This document shows, one piece after another, positions 56,347-64,000 of a stretch of 64,000 nt of DNA. The stretch covers positions 4,173 through 68,172 of the forward strand of contig CAYQKM010000001.1 of the NCBI GenBank assembly GCA_964418095.1. The letters are read 5' to 3'. Positions within the stretch are counted from its first letter, which is position 1. Every line of letters begins with the position of its first letter. Origin of the DNA: Candidatus Woesearchaeota archaeon (GTDB taxonomy: Archaea > Nanobdellota > Nanobdellia > Pacearchaeales > GW2011-AR1). The position numbers were made by a program, and so were the translations under genes. Below the pieces are notes generated by a model. It did not search any database. It was not told the DNA's origin and worked only from the letters and a program-made list of their open reading frames with translations.

Positions 56347-57015
56347 ATGAAAATAGGCTCTTTATTCTCAGGTGGAAAAGACTCTGTTTATGCAACTTAT
56401 CTTGCTAAAAAACAAGGGTATGAAATTGCTTGTTTAATAACACTTGACTCTAAAAATAAAGAATCTTACATGTTTCACACATTAAACATAAAAAAAACAA
56501 AGCACCAAGCAAAATCAATGAACCTCCCTTTAATAACCTATAATACAGAAGGGAAAAAAGAAGAAGAGTTAATTGATTTAGAAAATTCAATAAAATTAGC
56601 TATAAAAAAATACAAAATTGAGGGGATAGTTACAGGAGCAATAGAATCTACTTATCAATTATCTAGAATTCAAAAAATATGCACTAAATTAAAAATAAAA
56701 TGTTTAAACCCATTATGGAAAATAAACCCTTTTGATTATCTAAATGATTTAGTAAAGAATAAATTTAAAGTAATAATAATAGGTGTGTTTGCATATCCTT
56801 TAAATCAGTCCTGGTTAGGAAAAGAAATAGACAATAAACTAATAGAAGAAATAACCAAAGTTCATAAAAAGTATAAAGTCCATCTAACTGGAGAAGGCGG
56901 AGAGTTTGAAACCTTTGTATTAAACTGTCCTCTATTTAAGAAACCCCTTAAAATAAAATCATTTAAAGATTTTAAAGAGGGTGAAAACTCTTGGAGAAGA
57001 GAAATAAAACTCTAA
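56347..57015 (+). CDS. dph6: Diphthine-ammonia ligase (PP-loop ATPase)
   Basis: SGGKDS, SYMFH, GAIES.YQ, PLW, GEGGEFETFV. Confidence 0.88.
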   Translation: MKIGSLFSGGKDSVYATYLAKKQGYEIACLITLDSKNKESYMFHTLNIKKTKHQAKSMNLPLITYNTEGKKEEELIDLENSIKLAIKKYKIEGIVTGAIESTYQLSRIQKICTKLKIKCLNPLWKINPFDYLNDLVKNKFKVIIIGVFAYPLNQSWLGKEIDNKLIEEITKVHKKYKVHLTGEGGEFETFVLNCPLFKKPLKIKSFKDFKEGENSWRREIKL

Positions 57016-57033
57016 TTAACTACAACAAACACA

Positions 57034-58218
57034 ATGAAAATACTAAAATTTTTAAAAAATCTATTGAAAGAAGAGGATAAAGAAGAAGTAACTAGTGAGC
57101 AAGAAATAGAATTATCTAAAATAGAAGATTCACTCAAAGAAAAAGAGAAGTCACTTAAAGAAAAAGAAACTCTCTTAATCTCTGAAATAAACTCAAAGAT
57201 AAATTTATTTATTAAAGAACTTAAAGAAAAAATAGAAATTGTTAAAGAAGTAGAAATAGAATCAAAAGAAAAAAATGAAAAAATAAAGTCAGTTGTTTAT
57301 GAAGGAAGAAAAAAATACATTGAATTTCTTGAAAAGCTTATGAATAATCTAACAGACACCCTAGATATAACTGAATTTAGTAAAAAAATAAAAGACATTA
57401 ACTCCTCATTTTCAAGGTTTAATGAAACCTCTCATAATAGCTATGAAAGGGCCACAATACTTATTGGAAAAGAAATGGGAAACATAAAAGAATCCTTAAA
57501 AAAATTCTCTAATGAAATTCTAGAAATATTCAATGAAAATAAGCAGATAATCTCAGACTACAACACTCTAATTGCTATCAAAAACACACACAAGAATATA
57601 ATCAAAAATGAAGAAGAAATTAAAAAATCAGAAAACAAATCAGAAGAAACAATAAAAAAAATAGAGTCAAATAAAAAAGAAAAAACTAAATTAGAAAATA
57701 AATTAGAAGAAACAAAAAAAAGCAAAGAATATCTTGAAAATCTAAAAATTAAAGAGCAAATAAAATTGCAAGAAGAGGATATTAAAAACCAAATATCTGA
57801 ATTAAGGCAATTAATAGATTTTAAAGCACTCTCTAATTTCTTTCATATTTTTGAAGATAAGATGAGCTTAATAAAAGCACATAAAGATAATTTTAGTGGA
57901 GAATTTAATCTGGATAATGGAGAAAAAATATTAAAATTACTAGAAGATTCTAATCTAAATAATAAAGAAATTTCAGATAAAATAGAAGAAATAATCTTGA
58001 ATAAAAACAATCTAAAAGAAAAGGAAAAGAGCATAAGAGAAGACAAAACTATCCATATAATTTCAGAAGTAAATGCCGTCGAGGAAAAGATAGAAAACCT
58101 AAAAAAAGAATTAGAATGGATTAATAAAACATCAGAAAAAGCTAAACTAAATAATCAGGAAAACTTAAAAAGCATAAAAGAACAGGCAAAATCAATAAAA
58201 ATAATAATAAAAGACTAA
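57034..58218 (+). CDS. Coiled-coil protein
   Basis: K/E-rich heptad pattern over 394 aa. Confidence 0.7.
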   Translation: MKILKFLKNLLKEEDKEEVTSEQEIELSKIEDSLKEKEKSLKEKETLLISEINSKINLFIKELKEKIEIVKEVEIESKEKNEKIKSVVYEGRKKYIEFLEKLMNNLTDTLDITEFSKKIKDINSSFSRFNETSHNSYERATILIGKEMGNIKESLKKFSNEILEIFNENKQIISDYNTLIAIKNTHKNIIKNEEEIKKSENKSEETIKKIESNKKEKTKLENKLEETKKSKEYLENLKIKEQIKLQEEDIKNQISELRQLIDFKALSNFFHIFEDKMSLIKAHKDNFSGEFNLDNGEKILKLLEDSNLNNKEISDKIEEIILNKNNLKEKEKSIREDKTIHIISEVNAVEEKIENLKKELEWINKTSEKAKLNNQENLKSIKEQAKSIKIIIKD

Positions 58219-58273
58219 ATCAAAAGATTAAAAAAGCATATAATCTATAATATATTATTAAAGACAATCTAAA

Positions 58274-58519
58274 ATGAGGAAAAAAAGAGGTTCTAAAAAG
58301 AAGAAAAACTGCGCTAAGGTAAATAAATTTCTTAACTTTGGAACTCAAAAATCAGTGTTTTGGGCAATAACCATTTCAGCAATAGTTCTAACAATTCTCG
58401 GATTAACACTTGTTTCAGAGGAAAGACAAATCATAATCTCTCTAAATATTATTTGGATTATGGAAGCAATATATGTTTGGATATACCTTGAAGCAAGAAA
58501 AACATATAACTTCAAATAA
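58274..58519 (+). CDS. Small two-TM membrane protein
   Basis: Basic N-terminus, two hydrophobic segments. Confidence 0.55.
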   Translation: MRKKRGSKKKKNCAKVNKFLNFGTQKSVFWAITISAIVLTILGLTLVSEERQIIISLNIIWIMEAIYVWIYLEARKTYNFK

Positions 58520-58567
58520 ATTTGAACACTTCAAATTGTTTATAAATAGCTTTTTCTTAGATTTTCT

Positions 58568-59191
58568 ATGGGTGAAAATCATTTTATACTAGTATCTTTA
58601 GATGATTCAAAATCAGAAGCTATCTCAAAGGTTTTAGGAAATAAGTCTTGTAAAAAGATAATTGCCTATTTAAGTGAAAAAAAAGAAGCAAGTCAAAATG
58701 ATTTATCTAATGCTCTAAATATTCCTTTAAACACACTAGATTATAATATAAAGAAACTTTTAGAATCAGGATTCATACAAAAAAAGAAAGATTTTTTTTG
58801 GAGTAAAAAAGGTAAAAAAATAATTATGTATGAGCTCTCAAACAAATCAATAATAATCTCCCCTAAAAAATCAAATTTTAAGAAAATTAAATCTATTATG
58901 CCTGCATTTATAATCACAGCAATAGCCACATCTGCTATTTGGATATATGAAAAAACAAAATACTCTTTAAACTATTCAAAACAGAGCTTAGTAGAGCCAG
59001 CCAGAGAGTATATTGTAAAAGAATCACCTGAAGTCCTCTTAAGAGGAGCAGATGCAGGCAATATAATTGCAACTTCATCTGATTATGCACCTTTAGCACT
59101 CTCTACACCTCATTTAGTCTGGCCCTGGTTCTTAGCAGGAGCATTAATAATAACACTCATACTTTCAATTGTAAATTGGAAAAAACTTTAG
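58568..59191 (+). CDS. ArsR-like winged-HTH protein with two C-terminal TM segments
   Basis: ISKVLGN....II..L...EASQNDLS..L.IPL.TLDYNIKKL..SG.I, WS.KG; two TMs. Confidence 0.8.
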   Translation: MGENHFILVSLDDSKSEAISKVLGNKSCKKIIAYLSEKKEASQNDLSNALNIPLNTLDYNIKKLLESGFIQKKKDFFWSKKGKKIIMYELSNKSIIISPKKSNFKKIKSIMPAFIITAIATSAIWIYEKTKYSLNYSKQSLVEPAREYIVKESPEVLLRGADAGNIIATSSDYAPLALSTPHLVWPWFLAGALIITLILSIVNWKKL

Positions 59192-59226
59192 TTAAATAAA
59201 GAATAATTGAAAGGAGGTAAAAACAA

Positions 59227-59994
59227 ATGAGAAAAAATAATGGAATAATAATAACCTCAATAATAGCAGTAGTGATTTTAGTAATTGTGATTCTTGTTTT
59301 AGGCGCATTTAGGTCAATGAACCCATATTCAAAAAACACTGTTAGTGCAGAGGGAATATCTAAGGTAAAAGCAACTCCAGATTTAGTTTCAGTATATATT
59401 AATATTAAAACTAATGGAACAACAAGTTCTACAGCAACAGCAGAAAACACAAAAGTCTACAACAAGTTAGTTGAAGAATTAATTTCTGCAGGATTTGAAG
59501 AAAAAGATTTGAAAACAGAGAGTTTTAGTGTGTATGAAGATATATCTTGGGACTCTAAAGATCAAAAAAGCAAAAAAGAGGGATATATAGCTTATCACTC
59601 TCTTAAAATTGAACTTGATTCTGCAAAAATGGATAAGGTTTCAAAGATAATTGATGCTGCTGTAAATGCAGAAGCTGGAATAAGTTACATAAATTTTGAG
59701 TTAACTCAAAAATCTCAAAATGAGTATAAAGCACAAGCTCTAAAAGAAGCTTCACAAGATGCAATGGTAAAAGCAGGTGCAATTGCTTCAGGACTTAATA
59801 AAAAACTAGGAAAACTTCTTTCAGTTCAAACAAGTGACTTTGGATACTCTCCTTGGAATATTTACACTGCAAGGAGCTTAGATGCAGGATATGGAGAATC
59901 AGAAGCACTAATGGCTAAAGAAGCTACAATAAACATTCAACCTGGAGAAGAAGAGATATATGCTACAGTAACTGCAATCTTCCAGATGAAATAA
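59227..59994 (+). CDS. SIMPL (DUF541) protein
   Basis: N-terminal TM, VSAEG...ATPD, IIDAAV.A, AL..A..DA..KA..IA, IQPGE. Confidence 0.88.
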   Translation: MRKNNGIIITSIIAVVILVIVILVLGAFRSMNPYSKNTVSAEGISKVKATPDLVSVYINIKTNGTTSSTATAENTKVYNKLVEELISAGFEEKDLKTESFSVYEDISWDSKDQKSKKEGYIAYHSLKIELDSAKMDKVSKIIDAAVNAEAGISYINFELTQKSQNEYKAQALKEASQDAMVKAGAIASGLNKKLGKLLSVQTSDFGYSPWNIYTARSLDAGYGESEALMAKEATINIQPGEEEIYATVTAIFQMK

Positions 59995-59999
59995 ACTAA

Positions 60000-60028
60000 T
60001 TTTTTTATTTTTTTATTTTTTTTATTTT
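60000..60028 (+). terminator. T-tract terminator after SIMPL gene
   Basis: Repeated T7-8 runs. Confidence 0.6.
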
Positions 60029-60079
60029 AAATGTATTTAATCACTAAAAATTTATAAACCAGTATTTTGTAAAAGATAA

Positions 60080-60877
60080 ATGTCTGACAAGAGAATAATC
60101 GAGGTGAAAAATCTTGTTAAAAAATTTAATGGATTTACAGCAGTAGATAAAATATCCTTTAATGTAAAAGAAGGTGAAACATTTGCATTTTTAGGTCCAA
60201 ATGGAGCAGGAAAAACAACTACAATAAAAATGCTTACAACTTTGTTGCACCCTACTTCTGGAGAAATAATAATTGATGATAATCTAATAAGTGAAACAAA
60301 TAAAATAAGAAAATCATTTGGAATTGTTTTTCAAGATCCAAGTTTAGATGATGAATTAACAGCAGAAGAGAACTTAGAATTTCATGCTGTCCTTTATAGT
60401 GTTCCAAAAGAACTAAGGAAAAAAAGAATACCTGAATTACTTAAACTTGTAGATTTATATGAAAGAAGAAAAGATTTAGTAAAAGTTTTCTCTGGAGGAA
60501 TGAAAAGAAGATTAGAAATAGCAAGAGGACTAATTCATCATCCTAAGATATTATTTTTAGATGAACCTTCAGCAGGGTTAGATGCTCAAACAAGGAATTT
60601 TTTATGGAAATACATTAAAGGATTAAATAAAAAAGAAAATATGACAATTTTCTTAACAACACACTACTTAGAAGAAGCAGAAAAAGTAGCAGATAAAATA
60701 GCAATTATTGATAATGGAAAAATAATAAAAATAGGAACATCTGAGGAAATTAAAAAAGAAACAAATTCAAAAGATCTTGAAGAAGCATTTTTGAAACTCA
60801 CAGGGTATAAAATACGAGAAGAAGAAGCAAGTTCTCTAGAAAAATTAAGAGCAAGACGCAAGAGGGGAGGAAGATGA
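60080..60877 (+). CDS. ABC transporter ATPase (DrrA-like)
   Basis: GPNGAGKT, FSGGMKRR, FLDEP, TTH. Confidence 0.95.
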   Translation: MSDKRIIEVKNLVKKFNGFTAVDKISFNVKEGETFAFLGPNGAGKTTTIKMLTTLLHPTSGEIIIDDNLISETNKIRKSFGIVFQDPSLDDELTAEENLEFHAVLYSVPKELRKKRIPELLKLVDLYERRKDLVKVFSGGMKRRLEIARGLIHHPKILFLDEPSAGLDAQTRNFLWKYIKGLNKKENMTIFLTTHYLEEAEKVADKIAIIDNGKIIKIGTSEEIKKETNSKDLEEAFLKLTGYKIREEEASSLEKLRARRKRGGR

Positions 60878-61623
60878 CTGGACCAATCTATATAATGTGG
60901 CTAAGGCAGCTTAAGAGAACTTGGCGCTCAAAACCTCGTCTAATTGGCTCTCTAGCTCAACCACTCCTATTTCTAGTTGCACTTGGCTTTGGATTTGGAC
61001 CAATTTTCCAGAAAGCAGGTGAAGGAAACTACCTTAATTTTCTTTCTCCGGGGATAATTGCAATGACTATTTTATTTAGCTCAATGTTTTCTGGGATGGA
61101 AGTTCTTTGGGATAAAGAATTTGGATTCCTTAAAGAAACACTAGTAGCTCCAGTACCAAGATGGAAAATAATGTTAGGAAGAACACTAGGAGGAGCAACT
61201 GTCTCTTCACTTCAAGGACTTGTTGTCTTTATGCTTGCAATTGCAATTGGATTTAGACCCTCAAATATGAGTTTAATAGCACTATCTTTCTTATTTATGT
61301 TTTTAATTGCCATGCTCTTTACCTCACTAGGAACAGCAATAGCTTCTAAACTTAGTGATATGCAAGCATTCCCAATAATAATGAATTTCATAATAATGCC
61401 TTTATTCTTTTTGTCAGGAGCTTTATTCCCTGTAGAAGGGCTTTCAAAAGGGCTATCAATTGTAATAAAACTAAACCCCTTATCTTATGGAGTTGATGCT
61501 ATGAGACACTCTCTTACAGGAGTTGGAAGCTTCGGATTATTTTTAGATTTCTCAGTTTTATTTATTATCATGATGACAATACTCTTTATTGGAAGCAGAT
61601 TATTTAAGAGAATAGAAGTCTAA
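60874..61623 (+). CDS. ABC-2 type permease
   Basis: PGIIAM, DKEFGFLKE.LVAP, FLSGALFP, NPLSY; ATGA overlap. Confidence 0.93.
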   Translation: MTGPIYIMWLRQLKRTWRSKPRLIGSLAQPLLFLVALGFGFGPIFQKAGEGNYLNFLSPGIIAMTILFSSMFSGMEVLWDKEFGFLKETLVAPVPRWKIMLGRTLGGATVSSLQGLVVFMLAIAIGFRPSNMSLIALSFLFMFLIAMLFTSLGTAIASKLSDMQAFPIIMNFIIMPLFFLSGALFPVEGLSKGLSIVIKLNPLSYGVDAMRHSLTGVGSFGLFLDFSVLFIIMMTILFIGSRLFKRIEV

Positions 61624-61638
61624 AAGAAGTAAAAAGAA

Positions 61639-63324
61639 TTATCTACCTCCACCACCGCCTCCTCCAATTCCTCCTCCACCTGCTCCAGAAAATCCTCCAC
61701 CAGCATTTCCTGAAAAGTTAGAAGTATCTCCTATTCCAAAAAATGTTCCTGTAGTTATTCCAATACACACTTTCTCTTGTTCATTAGTAATCAAATTATT
61801 TGCCTTTAATTCTTTAATAACTCTCTTAGAAACACCTAAAGCTGTAGCATAAATCAAATATTCATTCCAGATAATAAGTGTTTTATGCTTTGCTGTTTTA
61901 ATTGAAAATGAGTTATTTAAGTATCTCTTAAATGCTTTCCATTTTTGATATTCAATATAATATTCTCCTTTAAACTTAGAATAAAGAGGACTAAAAGAAA
62001 GCATTATTCCAGTAAAGAGTCCTAAAACATAAACAAAGTAAATAGATTCAGGAGAATTTAGTAAATGTGAAACAGATACCATTCCAATAAATAGTGCGAA
62101 GAAGCAAATCATAATTACAGCTCCTCTTTGATAAATATTATTCAAATAATTTTTTCCTACTTTATCAATATCTTTCTTTAGCAGGTTAGTTTTAGCTAGA
62201 GAGTTTTTAGCAATAAAATTCACATAATAATAACTTCTAGTAAATCCCTTAAAATTAAAATACTCTCCATCAATGAATTTACTATCTTTATCTGGTCTAA
62301 GGTTTAATTTAGCAAATTCTAATAAATCATAAACCTGTTTTTCTATTTTATCCCCTACAAATTTATTTAACTTAATATATGTCTCTCCTTCCTTCTCTTT
62401 AATATCAATAATTTTTTTATTGTAGAATTTTAAGAGTACAGAAGAAAAAAAGTTTTTATCTATTTTGAAAAAAGGAGGATTAAAATAAGCTGCAACTTCC
62501 CAGTATTTTCTTTTATTAGGGAAAGCACTTAACTCTTTTGGAATAGATTCATAAGAATTTTCTTTTCCAAAAATAAACCATAATATGAGAAATAAAATGC
62601 CTGGTAAAATTGCAAAAAGTATAATGAAAAATACAAGTAATGAGTCAAACTTAAATCTCTTTTGCTCAATTATCTTAAATCCACTAACATCTCCGTAATA
62701 TGGAATATAAACTATAACATTCTCACTAGGGAAATAAACTTCTTTTTTAATAGCCTCTCCTTCAATAACAAAATTCTTAGGAGTGAGTTTAACATGATTT
62801 TTAGGAGAGTATATTATAAATTTAATATAGTACATTCCATTTATTTTAAATAAATTTTCAGGTTTTAATTGGTAATTTGCACTTATTTTATATTCTGTTC
62901 CTTTTAGATACCCCAATTCATTTCCAAAACTACACCCATACTCATTATTTTCAGTGTAAGGTTTACATGAAAACTCCTCTCCATATAAGTAACACACTCC
63001 AAAACCAGTTCTTAGATAAGGTTCTCCTAAAGAACACTCTAAATTATTAAAAATAACTGAATCAGAGTAATCTGAATATTCTGGGATATTCCAAAATACT
63101 CTTGTTGAAAATGTTCTAAATAGTGTGTGGTAGGGTTTATCTGGTTTAAAAGATAATTCTTCATATATTTGATCACCATTAATTATAATTTTAGATGAAT
63201 GAAAATTAAATTTATTTAAATCCAATACAAAAATAGAAACTAGCCCGAGTGCTATAAACAAGATAGTTATAATTAAGATAATTGGTAGTTTGGGGTCTGA
63301 TGCTCTCTTTTTATTATTTTCCAT
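61639..63324 (-). CDS. DUF2207-family membrane protein
   Basis: W.AFKRYL, WNEYLIYATALG, Gly-rich C-terminus. Confidence 0.85.
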   Translation of the reverse strand: MENNKKRASDPKLPIILIITILFIALGLVSIFVLDLNKFNFHSSKIIINGDQIYEELSFKPDKPYHTLFRTFSTRVFWNIPEYSDYSDSVIFNNLECSLGEPYLRTGFGVCYLYGEEFSCKPYTENNEYGCSFGNELGYLKGTEYKISANYQLKPENLFKINGMYYIKFIIYSPKNHVKLTPKNFVIEGEAIKKEVYFPSENVIVYIPYYGDVSGFKIIEQKRFKFDSLLVFFIILFAILPGILFLILWFIFGKENSYESIPKELSAFPNKRKYWEVAAYFNPPFFKIDKNFFSSVLLKFYNKKIIDIKEKEGETYIKLNKFVGDKIEKQVYDLLEFAKLNLRPDKDSKFIDGEYFNFKGFTRSYYYVNFIAKNSLAKTNLLKKDIDKVGKNYLNNIYQRGAVIMICFFALFIGMVSVSHLLNSPESIYFVYVLGLFTGIMLSFSPLYSKFKGEYYIEYQKWKAFKRYLNNSFSIKTAKHKTLIIWNEYLIYATALGVSKRVIKELKANNLITNEQEKVCIGITTGTFFGIGDTSNFSGNAGGGFSGAGGGGIGGGGGGGR

Positions 63325-63338
63325 ATTTAGTTTGGGTT

Positions 63339-64000
63339 TTATTTCCTTTGGACAATAACATTCTTTTTTGTTATTTTTTCTAAAGTAAGGGTTTTCTCTT
63401 TCCCTGTAACCATATCTTTAACTTTGAATTTTTTTGTTTTTACTTCTTTAGCACCAACAAAAATAACTTGGCTCATATTCAAAGAGTTTGCATATTCAAG
63501 TGCTTTTGAAGGTTTACCATAATAAATAGAAACAATGTTTCCTTTTTTTCTAAGAGATTCTGCAATTTTTATTGCCTGCTTATCTTCGTCTAAAGAAACA
63601 ATTAAAATACTATTTTTATTAATGCTTAGGTTTGATAAAGAAGTTAATCTATCTAATCCAAAACTTATCCCAGTGCATTGTATCCCATTAAACTCATAAC
63701 TTCCACCTCCACAAATAGTTTCTTTCATCTTATTTGTCTTTATTTCAAAGACTGTTCCATTGTAATAACTTAATCCTCTTGATAAAGAAGGAGAAAATTT
63801 TGCTGTGGCTCCATATAGTGAAAGATAATTTTGAAATTCTTTAATTTCTTTGTAAGAATCATATTTTAAAAAATAATTTTCAGGTTTTTTAAATATCTCT
63901 AGTATTTTTTCAGCATTATATTTTTTAAGATTTTCTTTAATTTCTTTTTCTTCAAGTTTATCAATCTTATCTATTTCCCTTATAATGCTAATATAATCTT
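63339..64000 (-). CDS. hisS: Histidyl-tRNA synthetase, C-terminal part (5'-truncated by window)
   Basis: Frame open upstream of 63728 with LSRGLSYYNGTVFE; ICGGG.Y, motif 3 GISFGLDRL, anticodon-binding domain. Confidence 0.85.
   Translation of the reverse strand, partial: DYISIIREIDKIDKLEEKEIKENLKKYNAEKILEIFKKPENYFLKYDSYKEIKEFQNYLSLYGATAKFSPSLSRGLSYYNGTVFEIKTNKMKETICGGGSYEFNGIQCTGISFGLDRLTSLSNLSINKNSILIVSLDEDKQAIKIAESLRKKGNIVSIYYGKPSKALEYANSLNMSQVIFVGAKEVKTKKFKVKDMVTGKEKTLTLEKITKKNVIVQRK

Noticed and set aside
231..62853. Many short ORFs antisense to or nested in long genes (e.g. 231-518, 2644-2958, 9806-10129, 42322-42645, 55700-56014)
   Set aside because: Shadow frames of well-supported genes; Ser/Phe/Leu/Ile-rich with no motifs

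Overview
AT-rich archaeal chromosome segment, most consistent with a DPANN archaeon of the Pacearchaeota type. This is inferred from archaeal EF-1a/EF-2/DnaG/Rpo7/Spt4/S24e/S27ae, a fused RpoA'A'', BRE-TATA promoters and many small orphan ORFs. Core content: smc 3' end, pcm, S-layer-like gene, dnaG, a fragmented rpoH-rpoB-rpoA-nusA-rps12-rps7-EF2-EF1a cluster, tRNA-Lys(UUU), a bacterial-type dNTP operon (nrdR-nrdJ-dCMP deaminase-dut-thyA-trx) with tandem NrdR boxes, an ArsR-led Fe-S (iscS/iscU) operon, tRNA-Trp(CCA), the rpoE1-spt4-rps24e-rps27ae operon, scpA-dph6, an ABC-2 transporter and the hisS 3' end. The 29.7-43.4 kb region looks like a defence island: a Type I R-M locus interleaved with cargo genes, RadC, and a CARF-HTH regulator plus UvrD helicase-nuclease. 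The best candidate for a new system lies inside the R-M locus. There, an unannotated 57-aa ribbon-helix-helix gene is coupled to an RNase H-fold (DUF3800-like) gene, whose stop codon opens a ~93-nt multistem, pseudoknot-capable RNA. All family calls come from motif recognition by eye; no searches were run.
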